From positions 86,490,001-86,554,000 of the forward strand of contig OX597824.1 of NCBI GenBank assembly GCA_951406725.2: 64,000 nucleotides of DNA, written 5' to 3'. Both the position numbers and the translations under genes were made by a program. This stretch comes from Octopus vulgaris. Taxonomy: Eukaryota. This document shows positions 15,251 through 27,720 of this stretch, piece by piece (the first letter of the stretch is position 1; every line of letters starts with the position of its first letter). The notes below the pieces were generated by a model that was given only the letters and a program-made list of their open reading frames with translations, was not told the DNA's origin and did not search any database.

Positions 15251-16276
15251 CCCTAATTGTAGGTAGTCCGTAACATCCTCGCCAACATACGGTAAAGAGC
15301 GCTCACATCATAAACAGTTGGTAAAAACTAGCAGTTAACCGTAATTACAATAGAGCTTTGTATCAGTTCTAAGGAAGTGTGTGCGACTGCACGGATTTTT
15401 TGTTTAGGCACTCCATATAACCCCACTTGGCTTTTTAATTTTTTGAATTTTCAGAAAAGTTGGATCTTTTCGGTTTGACCGGCAGTTTTTTTTTAATAAT
15501 TTCCCCGTAACTAAAAAATTTTAAACTTCGTATACTGGTAGAATGTGTTTATAAAACATCTTTTTCTCTAGGCTTTATTGAGAAAATTCTATAGTTTGTA
15601 AGATGTTTGTTGTTGTTTTTTTTCTTCAATTTCTGCTATTTCAACCAATCAATGATGTCTATTGAGGTGAAAACATTCTGTGCCGTATGAATATGTCCCT
15701 CGTTTAAGAAACAGATTGGGTTTATTTACATTTCTGAAGAAAAAATGATACCCTTCCTCCCACCCCTAACCCTAACCCTAACTAACCCTAACCCGAAAAC
15801 AGATTGAAATGCAATAGATCGACACTAGGGTCATAATTATGGGTGAAAATTTCATATGACACCGCTAGAAAAAACTGCCGGTCAAACCGAAAAATCCGCC
15901 AGTTTCAATGGAGTATAAGTGACCTGGGCACCTCCCCTCACCGAACGAGACGCCAGTCCATTGTAGGGTTCAATGCCAACAGTCTTTTAGGGGACATGCC
16001 GATTACATCGAACCAGTATTTGACTGGTGCTTAACTGTCTCCCCTTCGTAAATATAAGGACACAGGAAATGTGTCAAAGCCGACAGGAAGAGTCGATGCT
16101 TCCTAGGGCTAAATAGTGGTCGTGTGATTCCCTTTACGGGACTGTCACGTTAAGTTGACAGTATACAACCGCTATATATACATTAGTTGTAAAAAAAATT
16201 ATTACCTTTGTATGGTATTTTTCCCATGCTGGCCACTTGATAATATCGATATTTAAATATCGATATTATCCTTATT

Positions 16277-16315
<39 letters not shown>

Positions 16316-17012
16316 AAAAAAAGAAGTTTGAAAACGCCACTATATTAGATAAATTTTAATTTTCTTATGAATTTTACATGTTTCGGTTCTTAAAAAAACG
16401 AACCTTATCAAAAATATTATAAAAAGTGCAATAGAAAAGTTCATAATCGTTTCTTACTGTTCTCAATAGAATCCATGTGGTGGTGTTTTATCGGTAGTTG
16501 GTATAATTGTTATATTACAGTTGAGTGTAATGAAGAAATTCATTATTGTTTCTTGCTGGTATCAAAAGGAACCGCTTTTTTGTTACCTTGTGTTCCAATG
16601 GTAGCAACAGTAGTGATTGTTGCTAGTGATATATATATATATATATATCGTAACATATAATTGCCAACCAAGTGTGGCGTATATATATATTTACCCCATT
16701 TCTACAATTAAAAAATCTTTATTACTTCTAACCTTATAGCAGTTAGGAACAGCCATATCTTGGTCAGTCAGTGGAAGGACTTCACTACCTCATATGTTCT
16801 TAAAATTTTAATCTACATCTTTGTCTGTATAGCTACCTTCTCTATAATGTTGCCACTTGATTTGAAAACTTTTGTATTAATGGAAAACCTCTATAATTGG
16901 CTGATGAATGTTCAGCATTTTAAAACTGTTGTAATACTTACAACATTTAATAAAATGATGTAGTACGAAACGATTGTACCAAATAACCGGAGTCATTTTT
17001 GTTGCTTATTTT

Positions 17013-17067
<55 letters not shown>

Positions 17068-17446
17068 CGTGCGTATGTGTGTGTAAGGATGAAAGATTAA
17101 TTTTGTGTAACGGTTGGAATTAATTTGTAACGGCAAGTTGTAAGATGTGAAAGATGAACAATGCATGAAGTTTTAAGGAAATATTTTTACCCGTTACATT
17201 ATATAATACCTTACCTCGACGAGCAGGTGATAAAATCGTAAAGCATGCGAAGTAAACCTTGATTTTTCTTGTATAGTGTGTGTACACATTGTCTTAGCAG
17301 TAATCCACAGAAATAGATAGAGTGATGTTGTAAGAGTGATGTTGTGAACTAGCGAGAGAGTGTGGGACGAAATAACTGCTTCGTTTGCGATATACCATAG
17401 TTGTTCTTTATATTTGCATTTTATATTTTTACAATTGTACTTTATA

Positions 17447-17572
17447 ATCTCTGACGAGGCCTTGGGATATATATATAAGTAACTCATTTTTAAGTGCATA
17501 TTACCACAATACATATGACTAATATAGGCACAATGAGATATTTTTATCTACAGGCTGAAACAGCTGTAAGAT
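17447..17572 (+). ncRNA. Type I hammerhead ribozyme, minimal Penelope type with canonical core
   Basis: Stem I ATCT/AGAT; CTGACGA at 17451-57; stem II GGCCT/AGGCT with a long insert; GAAA at 17557-60; palindromic stem III CAGCTG; GUA cleavage triplet ending at 17568. Confidence 0.75.
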
Positions 17573-17895
17573 ACATTTTATTTTTTTTTTTATGGTATTA
17601 TCTTACTTATTGATGTATATTGTTTTATTCTGTTGGATTTGGATGTTCCTGTTTATGTAGTGAATAAATAATATGAATTGGTAATATCTGTAAGTTGATG
17701 ATTGAGAGGAATCTGTTCCTCCGTTTTCTTATTTGTATTATGATTTTGCGGTAAAACATCTTACCTTCGCACATATAATACAATAAATGAAATAATTGCA
17801 TTGCAATTGTAAGCATTTATGTATTAGCCTTTTGGGTACTTCACTGGCAGTATATTGGATAACTGATATCCCACTCATAACCCCTATCTCACGTT

Positions 17896-18019
<124 letters not shown>

Positions 18020-18229
18020 CATATACATACCCCACTTGGCCTTACTTGAGATTCGAAATCGAATCTAGAAATCCTCCTTAGCCATACAGCCTATTGTCAA
18101 GCACGAATGTGTCTTCCACTTGACTCTTTTCTATGCCATGAAAAGTTGAAATAAATAATGAGTGACCTACATTAATTTAACCATTGTTACAACGGTATAC
18201 CTCTTTTCCTAGCTAGTCTGCACAATTAT

Positions 18230-19156
18230 AAATACTAGAATTCCGTGGTGAAATATCACTTAGTGAGAATCGACCGACATGGACCTGGCCTACGCAGATG
18301 ACATCGCGCCCTTGGGCTCTAACCGGGCAGATGTCCAAGATGCTTTCGAAAAGTGCATGCGGCAACGGCAGCTGTTCGTCTTCGGATCGATGCTGGCAAA
18401 ACCAAAGTGATGACGTCTCTGATCGCAGCAGATGACTGGCGGCCAATCGTTCTCGAGGGCGTGAAGTCGGAGGATGTGGAGTCCTTCGTCTATCTGGGTT
18501 CAACGGTGGTTCCAACGGGCCAGGGTGCAGCCGAGGTCGAGCGTCGCATAGGTGCTGCCAGATCTGCATTCGTGCGCCACCAGCGGTGCCTCTGGGACAG
18601 AAGAGAGATCTCCTCGGTGACCAAAGGGCGAATCTACCAGGCCGTCGTTCGTACTATCCTCCTCTATGGTTGTGAAACATGGCCTATGGGGGTAGTCGAC
18701 CAGCGAAGGCTGGAGGTGTCCGACAGTGACTGTTTCCGCCGCATTCTTCGCTGTCGACGCATTGATCGGGTTCCTACAGCCGGTCTTCGTCATCGTCTGA
18801 ATCTCCGGCCCCTCCCTCCGGTGCTTCTACAACGGCGCTTAAAGTGGTTCGGTCATGCGGCCCGGTGTCCAGAGGGTGAGCTGATTCGCGATATCCTCCT
18901 CTTACCTCCACTTCCCAACTGGCGCAAACACACGGGCGGGCAGCTGAAGACCTGGGCAACGACGATAAAGGAGGACCTCTCCGAACTGTCAGGTCCACAG
19001 GTGGTCGTTCTGTGCAGATGGAACCGCGAATGGCTCGCTATCTCCAGTGACCTCGTACAGGACCGTCGAGCATGGCCCGCCATGGTTCGTGATGCCGTCA
19101 GGACAAGAGAAGCCGGCTCAACCCGCCCTGGGAGAACGCCGTCACAAGTACAAGAA
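18230..19156 (+). mobile_element. 5'-truncated RTE-clade LINE (RT C-terminal half)
   Basis: DLAYADDIA, FVYLGS, YQAVVRTILLYGCETWP, RRLKWFGHAAR; CAAGTA-type tail; markedly GC-richer than its flanks. Confidence 0.9.
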
Positions 19157-20115
19157 CATGACCCACATGGGAGTAGGCTGACAGGCTCAACGAAACGCCG
19201 TCTCAACTGAAGTAACGTCACAGAAGGACGACTATGGGAACTCACCAACAATACAGTTGTCTCGTCCCACCTCTTACTGTCTCACTAGCTCATCTTTCTC
19301 TTCTACAACATCACTCTGACTCTCTCCATCTGCTGCTTAAATTACCCGAGACATACTCTTTATTCTTTTACTCTTTTACTTGTTTCAGTCATTTGACCGC
19401 GGCCATGCTGGAGCACCGCCTTTAGTCGAGCAACTCGACCCCGGGACTTATTCTTTTGTAAGCCCAGTACTTATTCTGTCGGTCTCTTTTGCCGAACCGC
19501 TAAGTAACGGGGACATAAACACACCAGCATCGGTTGTCAAGCAATGCTAGGGGGACAAACACAGACACACAAACACACAAACATACATATGTATACATAT
19601 ATACACACATATATACACATATATACGACGGGCTTCTTTCAGTTTCCGTCTACCAAATCCACTCACAAGGCATTGGTCGGCCCGAGGATATAGTAGAAGA
19701 CACTTGCCCAAGGTTCCACGCAGTGGGACTGAACCCGGAACCATGTGGTTGGTAAACAAGCTACTTACCACACAGCCACTCCTGCGCCTATGTAGATCTT
19801 ACGCTATCCATTTATACACGAAACGATAACTCTCTTTACTTCGCATGCTTTCCGGATTGCTTTCATACACACCTACCCGTCGTGGTTAGGAAACGATTAT
19901 ATGTAACAGCACAAATATGTTATCTACAACTTGGACCACTGTCCTTATTCCTTCAAGCCCAACACAACGACATTTACATCATCTTTCTCTTCTTCAACAT
20001 CACACCAGCTACATTTTGGTAACCGCTCCGCTACAATTGATGACTCCGGTGTCTAACACCGTTAGAATTGGTGACCCCACCGTCAAAAGCCGTCACACAC
20101 ACACACACACACACT

Positions 20116-20149
<34 letters not shown>

Positions 20150-20187
20150 TGTGTTTGTCTGTGTGTGCGTGTGTGTATACACACACA

Positions 20188-21064
20188 TAGAGGGTGGATG
20201 GAAACTATCTTGGCATTAGAAATTGCTTATAAAATTTTTAGTATCACTGCAGTCATGATGAAAAGATTTTCTAAACAGACGACCCTAATGGAGATTTCTT
20301 ATTTTCGTATTGTCTTATTTCTTATTTTCCAGATGGCCAGTCGCTTGGCTGTTCAGGAGCGAGCTAAGATAGCAGTACGCTTATGAAGTGTGGAATCCGA
20401 TTATTTTAGTTCAGAGACGGGGACGCGCATGGAAAGGTAAGCATGCAACACTATGTCCGCAGACAATAAAAAGTTGTCATGTAAATCTGATGACCACGGG
20501 CTCTGTGAACGATGCAAGAAGAAGTGGCCGTCCAGCCACATCCTGATCAGTGGAGACCGTGGCAACAGTGCAAGAAATGTTTAATCGAGGCCCGCAAAAA
20601 TCAACGTCAAACAGCTCGTGAAAGTGGACTAACAAGACACACAATACGCACGGTCTTGCATAAAGAATTGCATTTTCATCCGTGGAGACCCCATTGCTTG
20701 CAGGAGCTGAAACCTGAAGACTGTGACCGCAGATGTCCAGAACTCCAAGACGTCCAAATCTCACTCCTTGTGATTTTTACCTGTGGAGTTACATAAAACC
20801 TTGCACACTGGAGGACTTGGAGACACGGATTCAGGAGGTTCTCAATGATATCCCAGGCGACACTCTTCAGAAGGTTGTTCATTCCATCCCTGGCCCTTTG
20901 AGGAAACTAGTTGACGCTACCGATGCTGCCGTTAAAATATGAAGATTTACTTTCATTTTCTCGAGTAATAAAAGAACATGTATCATTTGTCTCAATAAAT
21001 TTGTAAACGGAATATGGGTTTTATTACCGATTTTTAATACCTACTTACTTTTTACCCACCCTGT
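20188..21064 (+). mobile_element. Internally deleted Tc1/mariner-superfamily transposon
   Basis: Termini TAGAGGGTGG.. / ..CCACCCTGT; remnants TGSVNDARRSGRP and PRRPNLTPCDFYLWSYIK. Confidence 0.75.
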
Positions 21065-21532
21065 GTATATATACTATTGTCTGGTATATTCGGGTGGGAG
21101 TTGCACCTGATGGGGATATTGTCGTACCTTTTTAGGGTTGGTCCGCCCACCTTGGTACCCACTTGACTTCCAGCTCTCATTTCTGGTTCCTCGTAGATGT
21201 TTGCATGCAAAAGTGGTCACACCCCAGGCAACAGCATTGACAGGCCAACTAAAGTAGGTGAGGGTAGCTATCGGGTTTGAAACCTTCGGTGATAAACCAG
21301 GGTTTGCATACCCTTAGCATGTGAAGACTGGTTGCGGTGGTCTGGGCGACCGAGACCAAAAGTGGTCCAACGGCTATGAAGGCGGTTCTAGCATGTGTTG
21401 TGGAGCCATCCTCGGTCTGTCTCTCTTGGCTGTTTTGTTTGTTTTTTTTAGTCTCGGCTCGCTCTGCTTTTGCTAATTCGAGCCTTCCATTTTCCTTTTG
21501 TTGTTTATTTTTTCCTTCAGTCTCTCTCTCTC

Positions 21533-21599
<67 letters not shown>

Positions 21600-21699
21600 T
21601 CTTCACCGTCCTATTTTTCTTCACCTTCTTTACAATAATTTTTAATGTGACCCAGTTGGCCACACTGGAAACATCGGGGCGTACGCCCCTCAACAGAAA

Positions 21700-22560
21700 T
21701 ATTGAGAACTTCCTCCCCTACTTCTACTGTTTCTGGGAGCTGTTCTAAAATGTTTCTGCTCTGCCTGCAGTAACAGGATGAGCGTTTGTCCAGTCCAACT
21801 ATGTATTCTCTGTGACGGTTGCCTGCAGGAGGTGAATATTATCCTCCCTGTTTGCCAGGACTACCGCCATCAAGTACATAGGGTTTACTCCGGGTGGAAT
21901 TCTTGGTATTCTAACCTTAAATGTTCTCATTCCCATGTAAATTGGGATTAATATTGTGTCTTCCCACTCTAGTGATTTTACAGAGTGTTGTTGTGTCGTT
22001 TCTGCGTTCTTGAACCTCACCACGATGGTTCCAAACTTCTTCTCTCTGGCTAGATATGTAATGTCCTGCCAGATGGGTTTTAGACATTTTTCAATTTTTT
22101 TTGCTCGCATATCTTGTCGATGTTTCGAGCTTTTAAGCAGAATGTCTTAAAAATAATAATTTTCCTTTTTTTCCACCGTTAATTGTTCTTCTGGCATTTC
22201 CACTTTTACCACTCCATCTCGTACTGTTATCATTTCTTTGTATTTTAGTAATTCTTCTTTGTCAGTTGACAGCTGTCGCGTTCCACTTCCAGCTGCTGAC
22301 GCAAAACTTTTTCTTTCTTCATTTTGAATGTTCTTTGTTTCTTTTGGTACCCGTAACTTTTGGTAATGCAGAGAATTCACTTTCCGAAACACGAGAAATG
22401 TTATCAAAAATTAAACTTTCTATCTTCCTTGCTTCCCGCTCGGTCGATGAATCATCACCCGACGAAGACACACTTTTCGGCATCTTGCCGGCAATTGTTT
22501 TCCCCCACAGAGGAAAACCACAGATAGCTTTCGAGAGAAAACTATAATACAATTTTTAAA
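21700..22560 (-). mobile_element. Decayed ORF1/gag-like region, probably of a non-LTR retroelement
   Basis: Successive - strand ORFs (22319-22552, 22147-22407, 21799-22110) without splice structure; SFASAA motif, KVRIPRIPP segment and a possible decayed CCHC knuckle. The family assignment is weak. Confidence 0.4.
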
Positions 22561-23165
22561 CAATAAGTCCAACAATAGGCACAACAAGTGATATAACAAT
22601 TAACAGAAACTTACTTTACGAACACACTCCAACAATAAATTTTCAATAACAGACAGACGAAATACCTATTTCTTTACTACCCACATGGGGCTAAACACAG
22701 AAGGGACAAACAAGGACAGACAGACGGATTAAGTCGATTACAAGTTCCGCCGTTTCGTCTGCCGTTACGTTCTGAGTTCAAGTTCCGCCGAGGTCGACTT
22801 TGCCTTTCATCCTTTCGGGGTTGATAAATTAAGTACCAGTTACGCTTGCCTTTCATCCATCCCCGAAAGGATGAAAGACAAAGTCGACCTCGGCGGAACT
22901 TGAACTCAGAACGTAACGGCAGACGAAATACCGCTAAGCATTTCGCCCGGCGAACTAATGTTTTTCATAGATAGAAATATTAAAAACTCAAAGACACAAA
23001 TAATAAACTTATGAAATCGTTTATTTTGAAACACAAAAAAAAAAATTTGAAAAATATTAATTTTCTTTACAATTTTCTTTACAATTTTTTTTTTTTTTTA
23101 ATAGTGCAAATTAAACGGGAAAAAAACGTTGTACTTGGTTTGGCACCTTGGAAATGGAAATATTC

Positions 23166-23317
23166 TCATTCGAAGACTGTTCTTTTAACATCAACTATGT
23201 GCAAACTACCAGCAACTATAGACAGGATTCCCGCCAATAAACCTATGAATAACGAATAGCTTGGAGCAAAGCCTACAACATTGACGCCAAAAAGTGGACC
23301 GACAGATGCAAATATAC
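23166..23317 (-). CDS. PMP22/claudin-family tetraspan, terminal exon
   Basis: Acceptor ttcttgctttcag, with phase 1 matching exon 2. Translation GIFASVGPLFGVNVVGFAPSYSLFIGLLAGILSIVAGSLHIVDVKRTVFE* has a GYS-like motif before TM4. AATAAA on the - strand at 23025-23020. Confidence 0.82.
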
Positions 23318-25205
23318 CTGAAAGCAAGAAAAATACACATTTTGTTATGTAGTGTGAACAGTTGAGATTAGAGTGAGAAAGATAACTGCATGATAATTGA
23401 CTTTTCATAAATCCTATCTACAATAGGCACAAGGCTTGAAATTTGTGGGGAGGGGACTATTCGATTATATCGACCCCAGTGTTTCACTGGTACTTAATTT
23501 ATCGACACCGAAAGGATGAAAACCAAAACCAACCTCGACGGAATTTGAACTCGGAACGTAGCGACGGCGAAATAATGCTAAACATCTCGTCCAGCTCGCC
23601 GCTTTTGACTTTTCATAAATCGTTCTGTTGAACAGGTAAAATAGCATCGCCGAATGGATATGTGGGACCATACAAACATAGTGCATGCTACAAGAGCATA
23701 CTACCATGTACCATACGTTCACTAAGTGTCTTAAGTGCCTGTGTAGTTACAAGTAGGCAACCACAGCTTCTTGGACCTCCCACACTGGATACAGCAGAAA
23801 ACCAAAGATGTGACCGTTAAAAAAGAACTGCAGAACGGATATATACATACTTTTCTATTCTAGGCTCAAGGCCCGAAATTTTTGGGGAGGGTGCCAGTCG
23901 ATTAGCTCGACCCCAGTACGCAACTGCTACAAAATTTATCGACCCCGAAAGGATGAAAGGCAAAGTCGACCACCGCGGAATTTTAACTCAAAACGTAAAG
24001 ATAGACGAAATACCTATTTCTTTACTACCTACATGGGGCTAAACACAGAGAGGACAAACAAGGACAGACAAATGGATGGAGTCGATTATGTCGACCCCAG
24101 TACGCAACTGCTACTAAATTTATCGACCCCGAAAGGATGAAAGGCAAAGTCGACCACGGCGGAATTTTAACTCAAAACGTAAAGACAGACGAAATACTTA
24201 TTTCTTTACTACCTACATGGGGCTAAACACAGAGGAGACAAACAAGGACAGACAAACGGATGGATTCGATTATATCGACCCCAGTGCCTAACAGGTACTT
24301 ATTTAATCGACCCCGAAAGGATGAAAAGCAAAGTCGATCTCGGCGGAATTTGAACTCAGAACGTAGCGGCAGACGAAATACCGCTAATACTGATCACGAG
24401 CAGAAGTAGTGGAGGAGCATCACAGCCATGTGTTGAGAGGAATTCTTTGGGGTTTGAATAATTCACCTCTCTAACATGGGTGTTTCGTTTAACATCCTCA
24501 AACAAACTTCAGGGACCTTTTGAGCGGGATGGGCTACTCGACCTGAAGAAAATTCTAACTGGGCCTCATCTGCAAGGCCATGCGCTGTTTATTCACAATG
24601 TCGCGCACATATAGTTGTGATGCATGTGCCTGGTGTGTCCTTATCAGACAGGTGGTCATGGTGGGTGTACTGGGCTTCGTATATTTTACCCCAGTGTCGC
24701 TTAGATTGCATGCACTGCTCTCTCACTCAATAATAATAATAATAATCCTTTCTACTATAGGCACAAGGACTGAAATTTGGGGGCAGGGGTCCAGTTGATT
24801 AGATCAACCCCAGTGCGCAACTGGTACTTAATTTATCGACTCTGAAAGGATGGAAGGCAAAGTCGATGGAATTTGAATTTAAAACGTAAAGACAGACGAA
24901 ATACCTATTTCTTTATTACCCACAAGAGACTAAACATAGAAGGGACAAACAAGGAGAGACATAGGTATTAAGTCGATTATATCGACCCCAGTGCGTAAAT
25001 GGCACTTTATTTATCGACCCCGAAAGGATGAAAGGCAAAGTCGACCTCGGCGGAATTTAAACTCAGAACGTAACGGCAGACGAAATACCGCTAAGCATTT
25101 CGCCCGGCGTGCTAACGTTTCTGCCAGCTCGCTGCCTCAATAATAACAACAATAATAATAATAATATTGTCTTAGTCAAAATCAACTTAAAATTTGGACA
25201 CTTAC

Positions 25206-25358
25206 CTCCTAATAACACCAGTATTGCCACTGCCCATCGATATCTTTTATTAGCTCTCACATTTTGTTTGAATATATACACAGTTGCCATAATGACAGCA
25301 ACTAATAGCAGGATGAACCCAAGACAGGCCGCACCCTGCATGGTCTTCAGTCTCCCAG
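25206..25358 (-). CDS. PMP22/claudin-family tetraspan, coding exon 2
   Basis: Acceptor ttttcag, 153 nt, phase 1 to 1, donor G|GTAAGT. Translation GRLKTMQGAACLGFILLLVAVIMATVYIFKQNVRANKRYRWAVAILVLLG gives TM2 and the start of TM3. Confidence 0.82.
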
Positions 25359-25555
25359 CTGAAAATATAAATTCGTATTAAATAGCAATGTGTGTGTGTG
25401 TGATTAGTTCATATATCAGAAAAAAGGGACACTCAAAAACATTAGAGAAGTAGCAAAGTTACAGGTGTGATTGTTATGGCCGGTCAGAGAGTGACCATTG
25501 ATTCCGCACCTATAATGTGCTGAGACTCAAATAGTCAGAGGAATATAAGTTCTCT

Positions 25556-25946
25556 GGAGACGCAATGGCCCAGTGGTTAGGGCAGCGGACTCGCGGTCGT
25601 AGGATCGCGGTTTCGATTCCCAGACCAGACCGGGCGTTGTGAGTGTTTATTGAGCGAAAACACCTAAAAGCTCCACGAGGCTCCGGCAGGGGATGGTGGT
25701 GATCCCTGCTGTACTCTTTCACCACAACTTTCTCTCACTCTTACTTCCTGTTTCTGTTGTACCTGTATTTCAAAGGGCCGGCCTTGTCACTCTCTGTGTC
25801 ACGCTGAATATCCCCGAGAACTACGTTAAGGGTACACGTGTCTGTGGAGTGCTCAGCCACTTACACGTTAATTTCACGAGCAGGCTGTTCCGTTGATCGG
25901 ATCAACCGGAACCCTCGTCGTCGTAACCGACGGAGTGCTTCCATCA
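25556..25946 (+). mobile_element. SINE family C copy with TSD, in tetraspan intron 1
   Basis: TSD ATAAGTTCTCT at 25545-55 and 25947-57. Confidence 0.88.
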
Positions 25947-27274
25947 ATAAGTTCTCTACAACTGGAGAGAGAAAGAGAGAAAGGAAAACGTCATGGTCAG
26001 TTAATTTCATAAACAAAGAATTTCCGGACGGAAACCCTATAGGTGCATTCGTTACAATTTCGAAAATCTGCTCCCTTGAAATGCTTCGCTTGGGAAGAAA
26101 CTATATTGAAAAAGAAGAGAGCGTTTTATCAATACACCGAGCAGAATAATCGACCGATTACAAGGTCTCCCGTATGTCTGAGATCGCAACATACCTATTT
26201 CTTTATTACCCACAAGGGGCTAAACACAGAGGGGACAAACAAGGACAGACATAGGTATTAAGTCGATTACATCGACCCCAGTGCGTAACTGGTGCTTAAT
26301 TTATCGACCCCGAAAGGATGAAAGGCAAAGTCGACCTCGGCGGAATTTGAACTCAGAACGTAACGGCAGACGAAATACCGCTAAGCATTTCGCCCGGCGT
26401 GCTAACGTTTCTGCCAGCTCGCCGCCTTGCAACATACCACTGGACGCAACATACCACTGGACGCCTGTCAGTTGTGGGATTCAAGGCCAGCGATTATTGA
26501 AGGGAGATGACAAGTCGATTACATCACCCTCAGTAGCTGATTGATGTTTCATTTTATTGAACCCCAAGGGATGAAAGAGAAAGTTGACATGGGCGGGATA
26601 TGAACTCGTAACACAAACAGCCGAAAGAAATATCGCTAAGCATTTTGTCCAACGTGCTAACTATTCTGCCAGCTCGTTACCTTCTCACATTGCATGGAAA
26701 GCTAAAGATTACTGTTTTAAAACACACAATACTGCAATAGTTTCCACGGGGGAGTCGCGCATATTTTTCGCAGTATACTGTTGTAAAAACTAACACTCCC
26801 TTTTTCCGAGCTGAGATTCGAAACCGAATTTTAGGATTCTCACTCGTCTGATCCACCACTTGCCAAACGGGCGCGAAAGAAATTTCTTTCTCCTATCAAA
26901 AAGTGATGGATGGATTCTTCTTCGACCTCTGACCTGAGCTGTGTCATTTAAGGTTCAAGTGGATAGGAGGCGACCTACGTAGGTAGAAATTATCCCTGTG
27001 GTATGTCTGTCCTAGCTGAGATAACCATTATAAATACAGTCAGATACGCGACAGATAATCAGACAGCCAGCAAAGGCAAACAGTCGATAGACAGCAGTTA
27101 ACTTGCACCAGCCAAGCAGCCAACACATAACCACATATTCAGCAAGAACGACCCAGCACAGTAGCAATCACAGGACATAAACAGACACGACCGAATAACC
27201 AACGCACACACAGGCACAAAACATGCCCGGTTCTACCTCATCACATCGACACAGTATTTTTCCTGTTCATTTTT

Positions 27275-27720
27275 TACTTCTGTTGTGTCTGGGGAGAGTC
27301 ATTTTCTTTTTTTGCCTTATAATGTAACACACGCACCGGTAAAATTTCCACTTATTTTTATTTTCCTAAAATTTTCGTTGCATCTTGCAACCTTTTCAAT
27401 AAGGCACAAAAAGAAAATTACTCTCCCCAGACACAACAGAATATGCTTCAACACACGAACTCATATAAAGAATCTTGCAAACCAAATCCAAAAACGAAAT
27501 ATTTTTACTTCGCCAACTCGAAGCAAGTTGGTAATGTCATGTAGCGAATTTCCATTTGTAGACAACACGTAAATGCAAGTGTCGATTAAATAAATCATTT
27601 AAACCACAATCCGATGCTTTCCCATTGTCTAACTTTGATGTCCACATGCCTATTTCATCTGCTACGTCAACATCTTTTCCTACACATCCCGCTACACTGT
27701 GTTCTATAATACAACGGCCA
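27275..27720. mobile_element. Penelope-like remnant with inverted pseudo-LTR arrangement
   Basis: 27277-27320 is inverted relative to 27400-27440. It shares sequence with 14635-14752, 14290-14350 and with 45630-45747, which follows a GIY-YIG ORF. Confidence 0.6.
27365..27404 (-). ncRNA. Second copy of the U3:A8 hammerhead-like motif in a Penelope pseudo-LTR
   Basis: The - strand reads CCT(T)A-TTGAAAA-G-GTTGC-aagat-GCAAC-GAAA-AT-T-T-TAGG. Confidence 0.55.

Noticed and set aside
15764-15793. Interstitial telomere or chromosome-fusion scar
   Set aside because: The short TAACCC run is an internal part of a MITE seen in several copies.
16895-16940. Hammerhead at CTGATGA 16901
   Set aside because: No GAAA and no convincing stem I or III; at best a decayed relic.
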